From Ignavibacteriota bacterium (GTDB lineage: Bacteria > Bacteroidota > Ignavibacteria > UBA10030 > CAVZMI01), in the NCBI GenBank assembly GCA_963776275.1, contig CAVZMI010000032.1, forward strand, positions 56,359 to 120,358: 64,000 nt of DNA, written 5' to 3'. The first letter of the stretch is position 1. Each line of letters starts with the position of its first letter. The translations under genes and the position numbers were made by a program. Below are positions 1 through 11,163 of this stretch, in pieces. Below the pieces are notes generated by a model. The model saw only the letters and a program-made list of their open reading frames with translations. It did no database searches and was not told the origin of the DNA.

Positions 1-2013
1 TGGGTTGGAACACATCTTGGCGTACGAATCATTGACGAGTCTGACCCGACAAAAGTCGTCTGGCTTACAACCAAAAACGGATTACCACAAAATGTGACTT
101 CATACATTTATACGGATCGACAGGCAAACGTGTGGGTCGGAACATACAGTGGATTAGCCATATGGAAGGACGGTAAGTTTACAATATATAATGTGAACAA
201 TGGCTTGTCGGATAATTTCATACTTGTAATCTATCAAGACAGGGACGGCAACGTTTGGGTTGGAACCCATAAAGGACTCAATCGATTTTATGGAGGCAAA
301 TGGACAAGCTACATAGATTCAGATGGCCTGACCGATAACAATGTTGTATCACTCACAGAAGATCATGAAGGCGGACTCTGGGTTTGCACTTCAAATGGAC
401 TCAATCTATTCAAAAACGTCAACATCACTACATTCACAACTTACGAAGGACTTCCGAGTAACAACATTTCAAGTATCATTGAAACATCGGATAAAAGCCT
501 ATACTTCTTTAGTAATGAAAGATCATACATTACCCGATTTATAAATGGGAAGATCACCAAACGTGGCATACAAATCGGTCCCCTTTTTGCAGGACCGGTT
601 TATTCGGCACGAGACGGGAGTCTGTGGATTGGTCAGAACGGATTACTTTTCAACATCAAGAATGGAAAAGTCAAACGCTATGATGCTACAACAGGATTAC
701 CCTTAAAATGGATTCCTGCAATTACTGAAGACGATAAAAGTCTAATTTTATACATCGACCACAAAGGTATCTTTAGATTCGTTAATGGACGGTTGACGCC
801 TTATTTAATGAAAGACGGAAAACAATATCCTGCCGAAGAATATGTGGTATGTTTTTACCAACAACATGATAATCTTTTGTGGATCGGGGCCGCTAGCTGG
901 CTGATGAAAGTAGAGAATGGAGAAGCTACAACTTATACAATTAAAGACGGGCTGGCCGGTAACTGGGTCACTTCTATTTATGACGATCGACAAGGGAATC
1001 TCTGGATCAGTTCACCCCAAGGCGGTCTCACGCGATACAAGAACGGTAAATTCACTGCATACAGCAAGAAGGCGGGTCTATTCACTGATGAAATATATTG
1101 CGTGTTAGGCGACGATCAGGGCGATCTATGGTTGAGCAGTCCGGTGGGCATCGGGCGCGTCAGCTGCAAGGAACTCGATGATTACGCCGAAGGACGGACA
1201 AACATCATTCATTCACAGGTCTATGAAATCGCTGACGGGATGAAAACGGATGAGTGCTTTGGAGAATATCAGCCTGCAGGATGGAAAACACACGACGGCC
1301 ATATATGGTTTGCGACGAGGATTGGTGCAGTAATGATTGATCCCAAAACGTTCAAGAAAAACGAACTCCAGCCACCGGTGTTGATCGAGCATGTCACTGT
1401 GGATCAACAGATAGTACCACCCGACCGTTTCATTAGTCTTCCGGCTGGTACACAAAAGTTGGAATTTCATTACACCGCACTCAGTTTCCTTATGCCTTCA
1501 AGAGTGTTATTCAAGTATAAGCTTGAAGGATACGATCATGATTGGGTAGATGCAGGTACAAGACGTGTGGCTTATTATACAAATCTTCCGCACGGTGATT
1601 ATCGTTTTCATGTGATGGCATGTAACAACGACGGATTATGGAATGAGGTCTGCGCAGACTTCGGTTTTAAACTTGAGCCGCACTTCTATGAAATGTACTG
1701 GTTCTATGCACTCGTATTGATTGCATTGGGAGGAATCATCTACGGCTTTATCCGATTACGATTATGGCAGCATATAAAGAAAGAGAAAGAGCTGCAGGAT
1801 CGCATCCAGGAGGCACTCACCAATCTTAAAATATTGGGAGGTCTTGTTCCGATTTGCGCCAATTGCAGGAAGATTCGAGACGACAAAGGGTATTGGGACC
1901 AATTGGAAGAATATGTCCAGACCCATTCAGATGTGAGATTTTCACACAGCATCTGTCCCGAATGTGCAAAAAAATTGTATCCTGATATGATTTTAAAAAA
2001 GAAGAAAACGTGA
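1..2013 (+). CDS. Ligand-binding beta-propeller sensor (Reg_prop repeats + Y_Y_Y domain + TM) with C-terminal PICxxCxKIRD...HxICPxC domain; 5'-partial
   Basis: Repeated D..GN(L/V)W(V/I)GT..GL units, YKLEGYDxDW/YTNLPHGDYRFHV Y_Y_Y motif, TM helix and Cys-rich tail. The frame is open back to position 1. Confidence 0.85.
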   Translation, partial: WVGTHLGVRIIDESDPTKVVWLTTKNGLPQNVTSYIYTDRQANVWVGTYSGLAIWKDGKFTIYNVNNGLSDNFILVIYQDRDGNVWVGTHKGLNRFYGGKWTSYIDSDGLTDNNVVSLTEDHEGGLWVCTSNGLNLFKNVNITTFTTYEGLPSNNISSIIETSDKSLYFFSNERSYITRFINGKITKRGIQIGPLFAGPVYSARDGSLWIGQNGLLFNIKNGKVKRYDATTGLPLKWIPAITEDDKSLILYIDHKGIFRFVNGRLTPYLMKDGKQYPAEEYVVCFYQQHDNLLWIGAASWLMKVENGEATTYTIKDGLAGNWVTSIYDDRQGNLWISSPQGGLTRYKNGKFTAYSKKAGLFTDEIYCVLGDDQGDLWLSSPVGIGRVSCKELDDYAEGRTNIIHSQVYEIADGMKTDECFGEYQPAGWKTHDGHIWFATRIGAVMIDPKTFKKNELQPPVLIEHVTVDQQIVPPDRFISLPAGTQKLEFHYTALSFLMPSRVLFKYKLEGYDHDWVDAGTRRVAYYTNLPHGDYRFHVMACNNDGLWNEVCADFGFKLEPHFYEMYWFYALVLIALGGIIYGFIRLRLWQHIKKEKELQDRIQEALTNLKILGGLVPICANCRKIRDDKGYWDQLEEYVQTHSDVRFSHSICPECAKKLYPDMILKKKKT

Positions 2014-2064
2014 GCGTTAGCGACTTCATAGCACCTTTACATATATAGAGGCGATTCTTTTTCC

Positions 2065-3771
2065 TCACTTCACCTTATATACAGCGTAGGAGATCCCCGG
2101 CACATCCAGGCTTACGATTTTATTTTTCCTTGATATTTTTATCGCTTTCCCTACCAGTAGCTGCAGCTTTTTATATTCTATGTTCATCTGGAATTCCGCC
2201 GATGCATCCTTATCGGCCGGATTTAGAATCATCAGAATCACATCTTTTCCGTTGGCTCTGGCATAAATAAAGGGATATGTATTTTCTTTTGCATATAGCG
2301 GTACAAACTCGGCATATGCAGCCAGAGCAGGCTCTTTATGCTTCAATTGTATCAGTTTCCTAACCCGGTTCAGCAGCGAATTCGGATCTTTATCCTGCCT
2401 TTCAATATTGGGTGCGTTGTTTGTCGTATCCACAGGCAAATACAGATTCGAAAAATCAGCTGCAGAAAAACCGCAGTTCTTACCCGACGTCCATTGCATT
2501 GGAGTGCGGGCACCTGAGCGTGGTTTGTAGGCGCCTTCAATTTGGGGCATGTCGGCCAATTGACGCATACCTATTTCATTTCCATAATAAATAAATGGCA
2601 CGCCGGGCATGGTTATCCCGAATGCCATAATCATTTCAAGTTCATCGGTGGTCCGGTTTATATTCAACCGTGCGTTATCGTGGTTCCCGAGAGGCAGCAG
2701 AATATATCCCTTGGTTTTTGTGTCATTGTATTGATCCATGTATTTCGAAAGGAAATTAGCTATGTTCCCCTTTCCTTCCTTATCGAAAAAACTGTGCCCT
2801 TCGGAATATCCGTTCAGAATGCGCCAGCTTTCTTTTTGCATAAGATCGTTGTAGCCGTCGAACCAGTGGAAAAAATCGGCGTGGAAGGCACCGTCAAGCG
2901 CGTCTTTCGGATACGACCATTCTGATACCATAAATGCCTGGGGGTATTTCGTTTTCACAATCTGACGAATCTCGGTCCAGAATTTTTTTGTATCTCCATT
3001 TACATCGCTGCCTTTCACCAACGCACCGGCCATATCTGCGCGTATACCGTCGGCGCCCATGTCCATCCAGAAGCAGAATACTTTTTTTAACTCCTCGCGC
3101 ATCGCTAGAATGTCTGGATGGTTGACCGGCAGCTGCCATTTTTTTGTCGAATCGGGTTTACCGAAACCAAAGTTGAGCGCCGGCTGCGACCAGTAGAAAT
3201 TCCGCATAAAATTTCCATTACGTTGTCCGTAACCCTGAATAAATCTGTTACAGTACTCGCCTTCGTCCATCTTCCATACATTATCTGTCCATACATACCA
3301 GTTCGAATATTTATTCTGTTGTTGTTTGCATGATTCAATGAACCACGGATGATCAATGGCAGTGTAGGTTATGACATAATCGAAAATCACTCTTAAACCG
3401 CGTTTGTGCGCTTCTTCAAACAGCCGTTTTGCATCATCGTTTGTTCCGTAACGGGGCGCCACTTTATAATAATTTCGAATATCATAACCTGCATCATTAA
3501 ACGGCGAGTCAAAAAACGGATTAATCCAAATGCCGTCGACCCCGAGGCTTTTAACGTAATCCAATTTTTGAATGATACCGTTCAAATCGCCTATACCGTC
3601 GCCATTTGAATCGTAGAAGGTTTGCGGGTAAATCTGGTAAAACACCGCGTGATGAAGCCATGCAGGACCATCGGGGATGGTGCATAATCCGGTTATATCA
3701 GCTCCTTGCCCATATGCAGGAGCAAATCCAATGAATATGTATATAGCAACAAGAATTAATTTCTTATTCAT
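2065..3771 (-). CDS. GH13 alpha-amylase/alpha-glucosidase family protein, secreted
   Basis: YQIYPQTFYDSNGDGIGDLNG, DGIRADMA, SEW, NHD, PFIYYGNEIGM and RTPMQW motifs; signal peptide. Confidence 0.9.
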   Translation of the reverse strand: MNKKLILVAIYIFIGFAPAYGQGADITGLCTIPDGPAWLHHAVFYQIYPQTFYDSNGDGIGDLNGIIQKLDYVKSLGVDGIWINPFFDSPFNDAGYDIRNYYKVAPRYGTNDDAKRLFEEAHKRGLRVIFDYVITYTAIDHPWFIESCKQQQNKYSNWYVWTDNVWKMDEGEYCNRFIQGYGQRNGNFMRNFYWSQPALNFGFGKPDSTKKWQLPVNHPDILAMREELKKVFCFWMDMGADGIRADMAGALVKGSDVNGDTKKFWTEIRQIVKTKYPQAFMVSEWSYPKDALDGAFHADFFHWFDGYNDLMQKESWRILNGYSEGHSFFDKEGKGNIANFLSKYMDQYNDTKTKGYILLPLGNHDNARLNINRTTDELEMIMAFGITMPGVPFIYYGNEIGMRQLADMPQIEGAYKPRSGARTPMQWTSGKNCGFSAADFSNLYLPVDTTNNAPNIERQDKDPNSLLNRVRKLIQLKHKEPALAAYAEFVPLYAKENTYPFIYARANGKDVILMILNPADKDASAEFQMNIEYKKLQLLVGKAIKISRKNKIVSLDVPGISYAVYKVK

Positions 3772-3774
3772 TTT

Positions 3775-4224
3775 TTATCTCTTCAATTTTATTGTCATTG
3801 CTTTTTGTCTGTAGGTAATGATCTTATCAGGATTCGCGGTACTTTCAACACCAACTCCATGATCAGCACCCACAAGCACAATGTGAAAGGTGCGCTGCAC
3901 CGGTGCTCCATGATATGATCCTATCTGTGCACCCAAGGTAAGCATTTTCCTTTCTTCATTCCACCGGATCGGAATTTGAATACAGAGATGCTTTTCATAA
4001 TCATATGTATCGCCCTCATCGTCATACAGGGTGAACTCGGCATCCTCACCGGTGTAGAATGTATCCGATGCTGAAATACGGACGCGCACAACAACCGGCG
4101 AGAAAAAAGTGATTCTAATTTTGTACTTCCCGATATCGAATACTTCCGTCGAATGTCCGGAGAAGACATTCCCTTGACAGAGTACTGTCAGACAGAAGAT
4201 CCACGATACTATTCTTCTGCTCAT
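3775..4224 (-). pseudogene. GH31 glycosidase remnant: N-terminus joined in frame to the C-terminal (DUF5110-like) domain
   Basis: Signal peptide + RITFFSPVVVRVR joined directly to YTGEDAEFTLYDDEGDTYDYEK...LTLGAQIGSY; catalytic barrel absent. Confidence 0.7.
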
Positions 4225-4319
4225 AATTGATTCTTGGCAATAAGAGTTGTATAATAATATAATGAACTCTAAAATATAATCCTACCATCCAATAATAAAA
4301 AAGCAATCCTGAGGGCGAT

Positions 4320-5675
4320 ATGAGCACAGATTCAGTACGCGTGGAAGAATTGATGCTGCTTCTTACTGAAGGAATTTTACACAGGTGGTATCCATTAGTC
4401 ATCGATAAGGAATGCGGGGGATATTTTACCAACGTGTCTCACGACTGGACGTTGCCGCCGGAGCAGGAAAAAATGATAGTATCTCAGGCACGTCATGTAT
4501 GGACGTTGTCGAAGGTGGCCGAATTTCTTGGAGGGAACAGGGAATATGAGCAGATGGCTCGTCACGGCTTTCCATTCCTTAAGAATAAAATGTGGGATGA
4601 GAAATACGGCGGTTTTTTCCAGATCCGAAGCCGGGATGGCGGTATGTCGGATGTTCGCGGATGGCGGGATGAAAAGCGCGCGTACGGGAACGCTTTCGCT
4701 GTGTACGGCCTTGCCGCACTCTACGAGAAAACACACGATCTGGAAGTTCTAGAGTTTGTAAAGACCGCTTTTCGTTGGATCGAAGAACATGCACACGATC
4801 CGAAGCACAAAGGATATTTCCAGTTTTTCACGCGGGAGTCGAAGCCGTTTGACAAAACGTCGGAATATAAAACAATTGCTTTCGATAGCAATGAACTGGG
4901 ATTTAAGGATCAGAATTCATCGATACATTTGCTGGAAGCATTTACCCAGCTGTACGATGTCTGGAAGGATCCTCTGGTACATTCAAGGCTGCATTCGCTA
5001 TTGGAGCTCATCCGGGATACAATGGTGGCAAAACAGGGTTATCTGCAATTGTTTTTCCACAATGATTGGACGCCGGTCTCTTTCCGTGACAGTTCTAAGG
5101 AAGAACGCGAAGCCAACTACGGATTGGATCATGTCTCATTTGGCCATGATTATGAAACCGCCTTTTTAATGCTGGAAGCTTCGTACGCATTAGGATTGAC
5201 CGGCGATATACGTACGCTGGTCGTCGCAAAAAAAATGCTCGATCACGCCCTGACGTACGGCTGGGATGAAAAAGCCGGCGGGTTCTACGACGGCGGATAT
5301 TACTTCAAGGGGGATGACCGCTGTACAATCATCAAGGATACAAAAAACTGGTGGGCGCAGGCTGAAGGACTGAACGCGCTGCTCTTGTTTTCAAAAATAT
5401 TTCCCGACGAATCCCGCTACTATACATATGTCCTGCGCCAATGGAAGTATGTAAAATCGTACATCATCGACGGGGAAAACGGAGATTGGTTTGAAGGCGG
5501 CATAGATAAAGAGCCGCATTTCCGCACAGGAATGAAAAGCCACATGTGGAAATGCACCTATCATACATGCCGTTCTCTTATGAACTGCATAACGATGATC
5601 ATCAATAATTCCGACAAACCATTGAACAGAGTGATTGAACACTGGCGCAAGACCGCTAAGCAGTTACCAAAATAA
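4320..5675 (+). CDS. AGE-family epimerase, cellobiose/mannobiose 2-epimerase-like
   Basis: QARHVWT, YGNAFAVYGLA, NSSIHLLEAF, SFGHDYE, WWAQAE and WKCTYH motifs. Confidence 0.85.
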   Translation: MSTDSVRVEELMLLLTEGILHRWYPLVIDKECGGYFTNVSHDWTLPPEQEKMIVSQARHVWTLSKVAEFLGGNREYEQMARHGFPFLKNKMWDEKYGGFFQIRSRDGGMSDVRGWRDEKRAYGNAFAVYGLAALYEKTHDLEVLEFVKTAFRWIEEHAHDPKHKGYFQFFTRESKPFDKTSEYKTIAFDSNELGFKDQNSSIHLLEAFTQLYDVWKDPLVHSRLHSLLELIRDTMVAKQGYLQLFFHNDWTPVSFRDSSKEEREANYGLDHVSFGHDYETAFLMLEASYALGLTGDIRTLVVAKKMLDHALTYGWDEKAGGFYDGGYYFKGDDRCTIIKDTKNWWAQAEGLNALLLFSKIFPDESRYYTYVLRQWKYVKSYIIDGENGDWFEGGIDKEPHFRTGMKSHMWKCTYHTCRSLMNCITMIINNSDKPLNRVIEHWRKTAKQLPK

Positions 5676-5713
5676 AAAAACCTGCTGACGTCAATACTCT
5701 CGACGCAGCAGGT
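5675..5713 (-). terminator. Intrinsic terminator between convergent epimerase and GH130 genes
   Basis: ACCTGCTG(A)CGTC...GACGCAGCAGGT hairpin preceded by an A-run (U-tract on the minus strand). Confidence 0.6.
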
Positions 5714-5732
5714 CGTGAAAAAATTAAATGTA

Positions 5733-6920
5733 TTATTTTCGATGTGACAGCTCGAGATTTTTCTTTATGAGCTGAATTCGCTGTTGAACACTTGCACCAG
5801 TACGAAGTCCGTCTTCCGGCGTGGAAAGAACATAATCAAGAAGCCTATCGACCGTTGAAACAGCGACGTGCATCCTCGTATCAGATGAACCGTAATAGAT
5901 AAATACGTCGCCGTTCTTGCGTTCCACCCACCCGTTACTAAAGGTGACATTCGAAACATCTCCGACCCGTTCGTCGCCCTGGGGAGCCAGAAAATATCCG
6001 CCGGGCCTTGCGATAACTTTTGCAGGGTCTCTTAAATCAGTAAGTAACATATATAATACGTAGCGCAATCCTGCGGCGGTGTTTCGAACGCCGTGCGCAA
6101 GTTGAAGCCAGCCTTTGTCTGTTTTAATCGGTGCCGGACCCAGGCCGTTTTTCACTTCCTTTATTGTATGGTATGCCCGATCATCGATAATGGTTTCATT
6201 ATCGATCACGGCATTCTCGATACTATCCGACAGTCCCCACCCTATCCCGCCGCCCGATCCGGCTTCTATGAAACCATCCTGCGGTCGTGTATAGAATGCA
6301 TATTTCCCGTTAATGAACTCGGGATGAAGGACGACATTCCGCTGCTGCGGAGATTTTGTTATGAGATCCGGCAGCCGTTCCCATTTCAATAAATCTTTTG
6401 TTCTGACTATACCGCACTGGGCGATAGCAGAAGACATGTCGGTACGGGGAACATCAAGATCCTTCCGCTCCGTACAAAACAAACCGTAGATCCAGCCATC
6501 CTCGTGCCCGACTAGGCGCATGTCGTAGACATTAATATCGGGATCCGAAGTCTCCGGGATCTGGATGGGATAATCCCAGAAGCGGAAATTGTCCACACCA
6601 TTGGAAGATTCTGCAATGGCAAAAAAGGATTTGCGATCCACACCTTCAACGCGCACCATCAATAAAATTTTTCCCTTATATTCAATAGCGCCGGAATTGA
6701 ATGTTGCATTCACCCCCAGGCGTTCCATCAGATACGGATTGGTTTTGTAATTCAGGTCATATCGCCAGAAAAGCGGCGTATGTTCGGCAGTGAGTACCGG
6801 ATTCGCATACCGTTGATAAACACCGTTTCCTTTCCCTAATTTTCTATTCTTTTTTGTGATGAGACGTTTGTGCTCTGCAAGGAGCCGTTTCAACTGCCGG
6901 TTGAATTCTTCTTTTTTCAT
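5733..6920 (-). CDS. GH130 4-O-beta-D-mannosyl-D-glucose phosphorylase-like
   Basis: [44 protein letters not shown] and [12 protein letters not shown] motifs. Confidence 0.9.
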   Translation of the reverse strand: MKKEEFNRQLKRLLAEHKRLITKKNRKLGKGNGVYQRYANPVLTAEHTPLFWRYDLNYKTNPYLMERLGVNATFNSGAIEYKGKILLMVRVEGVDRKSFFAIAESSNGVDNFRFWDYPIQIPETSDPDINVYDMRLVGHEDGWIYGLFCTERKDLDVPRTDMSSAIAQCGIVRTKDLLKWERLPDLITKSPQQRNVVLHPEFINGKYAFYTRPQDGFIEAGSGGGIGWGLSDSIENAVIDNETIIDDRAYHTIKEVKNGLGPAPIKTDKGWLQLAHGVRNTAAGLRYVLYMLLTDLRDPAKVIARPGGYFLAPQGDERVGDVSNVTFSNGWVERKNGDVFIYYGSSDTRMHVAVSTVDRLLDYVLSTPEDGLRTGASVQQRIQLIKKNLELSHRK

Positions 6921-7050
6921 TCTATCCTTTCCTTTTTATTATCCTTAAATATACTACAAGGTTTCAGAAATATCAAATTGATGAAATGAATAATCATAGA
7001 GCCCGGGTCTTTTTCTTATCGTTAAGTTTTATTATCTTATACAGACACAA

Positions 7051-9144
7051 TTGTCTAAGGAACACACTTCGGAAAGGCACACAGAAATGATACTTCCATC
7101 ACGCTCGTACTTGAAAACTATCTTATGTGGGTGTGTTATGATTCTGACAACAACTGTATGCGTTGTCCCTTCGTTATCCCAACAATCAACTTTCCAACTT
7201 GCTCCGCTTTTTACAGATAATATGGTTCTACAACAGCAACGGCATGTGCCTCTATGGGGAAAAGGCATTCCGGGAACCTCAGTCGTTATTCGGGCATCAT
7301 GGGGAAGACAGGCGACCGCAACCGTCATGGGGGACGGCGCGTGGTCGGTGAAACTCCCGACTCCAAAAGCAGGTGAACCATTCCAAATATCCTTTATTCA
7401 CGATACATCGACGACGGTATTACGAAATGTTCTAACAGGCGAAGTATGGCTCTGTTCAGGTCAATCGAATATGGAAATGCCGTTGGAAGGCTGGCCTCCG
7501 GCAGATACGATCGCGAATTCCTCCAGTGAAATTGCACAAGCTCAATTCCCTTCCATACGTCTATTCTCGGTTAAGCGTGCCAACGAAGCAGAACCGAGCG
7601 ATATTTGTGAGGGAAGGTGGCAGGAATGTTCGCCCAACACCGTGCGCAGTTTCGGCGCAGTGGCGTATTTCTTTGGCCGGATGCTGCATCAGAATCTCAA
7701 GATACCGATTGGTCTTATCAATACAAGTTATGGAGGCACTCCGATAGAGGCATGGATGAGCAGGGAAGCACTGCAATCATTCCAGGAATTTACCGAAAAG
7801 TTGAAAAGGTTGGATGAAAACAAAGACGGTATGCGGTTGCAGAAACAGTGGATCACTCATCACGCCGGTATTAAGATTCGTGAAGGCGACCCATTGCATA
7901 AATGGGAAGGATTGAAATTCCAGGATGATAATTGCGCTGCGCGTGAGTACGACGACAGTACATGGAATGAAATGAAGCTGCCGACGCTGTGGGAACAGAC
8001 ATCGCTCGGCAACTTTGACGGAGCCATATGGTTCCGGAAAAAAATCGCGATCCCATCGGCCTGGATAGGAAAGGATCTCGTTCTTAAACTCGGTCCAATT
8101 GACGATATGGATGAAACCTTCGTCAACGGTCGGCCCGTTGGTAATTATCTCAGCGAAGATTTCTGGAAAATCGACCGTGCGTACAAAATTTCAGGGTCGA
8201 TTATCCGTGATTCCCTTCTACAGATTGCAGTTCGAGTCATTGATACACAGGGCGGCGGCGGGATCTGGGGAGATGCAAAGAACATGCAGGTGTATCAGGA
8301 TAGCAGCAGCACCCGGATATCACTTGCAGGAAACTGGAAGTATCTACCTGTGGCAGAGTACCGCGCGAATACCTTCTATATGTTCGGAGCAGCGGGGAAA
8401 GAATTCTACAACCGGCCCAAGCTCACAATCGACTTTTCAGCAAAGACACCGACGGCGCTCTACAATGGAATGCTCCATCCGCTCATTCCGTTTGCGATCA
8501 AAGGCGTAATATGGTACCAGGGGGAAGAGAATACAGGACAACCGGCGCTTTACAAAAAGCTATTTCCGGCAATGATAAACGACTGGCGCTCGGCATTTTC
8601 ATGCGGCGATTTTCCATTCTATTTCGTACAGCTTGCACCCTGGGATTATGGAATTGTGACGAAATCCCAGCTCCTTCGGGAAGCGCAATTGCAGACTCTC
8701 TCGGTAAAGAATACGGGAATGGTCGTTACACTCGATATTGGCAATCCGAATAATATTCATCCTGCCAATAAACAGGATGTCGGTAAGCGGCTTGCTCTCT
8801 GGGCGCTCTCGAAAACGTACGGCAGGAAAATCGCATACTCCGGTCGTATCTATAAGTCGATGAAAATACAGAGGGGCAGAATCATTCTTTCGTTCCAGTA
8901 TGCTGAGAAAGGATTGGTTTTGAAGAATCTTAAGGCCGGAAATAAATTCCAGATTGCCGGCAACGATATGCGGTTCAAAGATGCGGACGTAAAAATTCAG
9001 GGAAACAAACTCGTCGTCTCACATCCTGAAATTCTTAGTCCGAAGGCCGTGCGCTACGCATTCCACAACACAGACGAAGCGACACTCTTTAACAAGGAGG
9101 GGCTGCCTGCATCGTCATTCAGGACAGACGACTGGGAGAAATAG
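7051..9144 (+). CDS. Sialate O-acetylesterase (SGNH) family protein with inserted sugar-binding domain
   Basis: GEVWLCSGQSNM, WYQGE and IHPANKQDVGKRL motifs. The true start may be the ATG at 7087. Confidence 0.85.
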   Translation: MSKEHTSERHTEMILPSRSYLKTILCGCVMILTTTVCVVPSLSQQSTFQLAPLFTDNMVLQQQRHVPLWGKGIPGTSVVIRASWGRQATATVMGDGAWSVKLPTPKAGEPFQISFIHDTSTTVLRNVLTGEVWLCSGQSNMEMPLEGWPPADTIANSSSEIAQAQFPSIRLFSVKRANEAEPSDICEGRWQECSPNTVRSFGAVAYFFGRMLHQNLKIPIGLINTSYGGTPIEAWMSREALQSFQEFTEKLKRLDENKDGMRLQKQWITHHAGIKIREGDPLHKWEGLKFQDDNCAAREYDDSTWNEMKLPTLWEQTSLGNFDGAIWFRKKIAIPSAWIGKDLVLKLGPIDDMDETFVNGRPVGNYLSEDFWKIDRAYKISGSIIRDSLLQIAVRVIDTQGGGGIWGDAKNMQVYQDSSSTRISLAGNWKYLPVAEYRANTFYMFGAAGKEFYNRPKLTIDFSAKTPTALYNGMLHPLIPFAIKGVIWYQGEENTGQPALYKKLFPAMINDWRSAFSCGDFPFYFVQLAPWDYGIVTKSQLLREAQLQTLSVKNTGMVVTLDIGNPNNIHPANKQDVGKRLALWALSKTYGRKIAYSGRIYKSMKIQRGRIILSFQYAEKGLVLKNLKAGNKFQIAGNDMRFKDADVKIQGNKLVVSHPEILSPKAVRYAFHNTDEATLFNKEGLPASSFRTDDWEK

Positions 9145-9167
9145 CATCATAATCATTTAAATTGCTT

Positions 9168-9313
9168 TTTCTAAGGAAAAAGTAAAAATTAAAAAGTGTA
9201 AAATAAAAATATTTTTAAGTGCCAGGTAGTACTTTTTACTTTTTCATTCCCGTCCTGAGCGAGTCCCGATTTTATCGGGACGAGTCGAAGGATTTACTTT
9301 TTAATTTATTTTT
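9168..9313. repeat. A-rich/T-rich heptamer inverted element (MITE-like scaffold) with nested hairpin insert at 9249-9292
   Basis: TTTCTAAGGAAAAAGTAAAAATTAAAAAG matches 50201 at 28/29 nt; T-rich complementary arm downstream. Confidence 0.65.
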
Positions 9314-9330
9314 CTACGCTGGAGGTCTTC

Positions 9331-11163
9331 GTGCTCTTTGTTCGAATGATCGGTTCTCTCTCCATCCTTTTTCTTTGTATAGCAACTCTCTTCGCTGCAG
9401 GGCACCTCAAAAGATCCAGAAGAACATCATGATCGACCAGTTCGGTTACAGACCTGATGATCAAAAAATTGCAGTGGTTGTCGATCCTAAAATTGGCGGT
9501 AATTCAAACGAGAATTTTAATCCGGGTTCGACATACGAAGTACGTACCTGGGATGATGACAAGGTTGTTTTTACAGGGAATCCTGTGGAATGGAATAACG
9601 GCGCCATAGACTTTTCATCCGGAGATAAAGGATGGTGGTTTGATTTCTCCCGGCTGGACAAGGAGGGTGAATATTATATCTTTGATAAAGAACAAAACGT
9701 GGGTTCTTATAAATTCGAAATATCGAAAAATGTTTATAAGAATATTTTGAAAGCTGCGATGCACGTATTCTACTATCAACGGTTAAACGATCCTAAAAAG
9801 AAACCATACGCCGAGGAACCCTGGACAGACGACGCCGCTTTTATTGGCCCTGGCCAGGACAGAGAAGCGTTGTATGTTAACGATAAACAAAATAAGTCTC
9901 TTGCAAAGGATCTTTCCGGAGGATGGATGGATGCCGGAGACTATAATAAATACGTCACCTTCGCGGATAATCCTATCCATCTGCTTCTAATGGCTTATAC
10001 TCAAAAACCAAAAATATTTACAGACGATTACAATATACCTGAGTCAGGTAATGGAGTACCGGATATTATTGATGAAATCAAATATGAACTCGACTGGCTT
10101 AAAAAAATGCAGGAAGATGACGGAGGCGTGTTGATAAAAATGGGGAATATCGATTTTAACATTTCCTCTCCCCCAAGTACTGATAGACGCCCCAGATACT
10201 ACGGACCGAAGTGTTCATCATCGACTATTGCAGCAGCCGGAATGTTTGCACATGCCGCGATCGTATTTTCGGATTTCCCCACGTTAACGGAATATGCAAA
10301 AGATTTAGGAAAAAGAGCCGTGAAGGCCTGGGAATGGTATAAAAGTAATCCGCGTTCTGATTCATGCGACGATGGAACAATTGAATCGGGGGATGCGGAT
10401 TATAGCCTGGACATGCAGGATGGAATGGAAGTCGTATCCGCGATCTATTTGTTTGCACTTACCGGAAAATCAAAATATAATAACGTCGTCAAGAATAATT
10501 TTTACGCCGCTTCTCCATTCTATGACTCGCATCTCTCCCTTTATTTTAGCCACCAGGAAGATGCATTACTCTATTACACAACTCTCTCCGACGCTGACGA
10601 AGATGTAAAAAAGGCGATTCTGTCTCATCGTGCAAAACAAGGAATGGGAATGGAGTTGTATCGGTATCAACAGGCGGACGATTTGTATATGGCATATTTG
10701 CCGAGGGCTCTATATAATTGGGGATCGAATAGTCTGCGTGCTGCACTTGGCAGCGCAAATTATGATTTCATTATATACAATCTTAACAGCGGGAATAAGA
10801 CCGTCTATCTGAATAGGGCATTGGGAATTCTTCATTATTTTCACGGAGTTAATCCGCTGGGAATCGTTTACTTAAGCAACATGTACAACTATGGCGCCGA
10901 TTATTGTGCCGATCAAATATGGCACGATTGGTTTAGGGATGGATTGAAGCTGGGCCTGAAATCTCCGCCGGGCTTCGTCCCCGGTGAAGCCTAATTGTAT
11001 GTATGGCGGCAGCTTGAAATATTTATCCGTGCAGCCTCTACAAAAGTGCTATTTAAATTGGAATAACGGCTATCCGGAAAACTCCTGGGAAATTACGGAA
11101 CCTGCAATTTATTACCAGGCCTCTTATATTAAACTACTTTCAAAGTTTGTCAATTCTGAATAA
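9331..11163 (+). CDS. GH9 endoglucanase with N-terminal Ig-like domain (two apparent frameshifts at ~9400 and ~10988)
   Basis: GGAGGT RBS + GTG at 9331 with a signal peptide in a different frame from the body. [15 protein letters not shown] motif. The C-terminal ...[13 protein letters not shown] segment lies in another frame ending at TAA 11163. Confidence 0.85.

Noticed and set aside
9219-9330. N-terminal extension of GH9 given by the ORF track
   Set aside because: It translates repeat DNA. A GGAGGT RBS + GTG at 9331 with a proper signal peptide is the better start.
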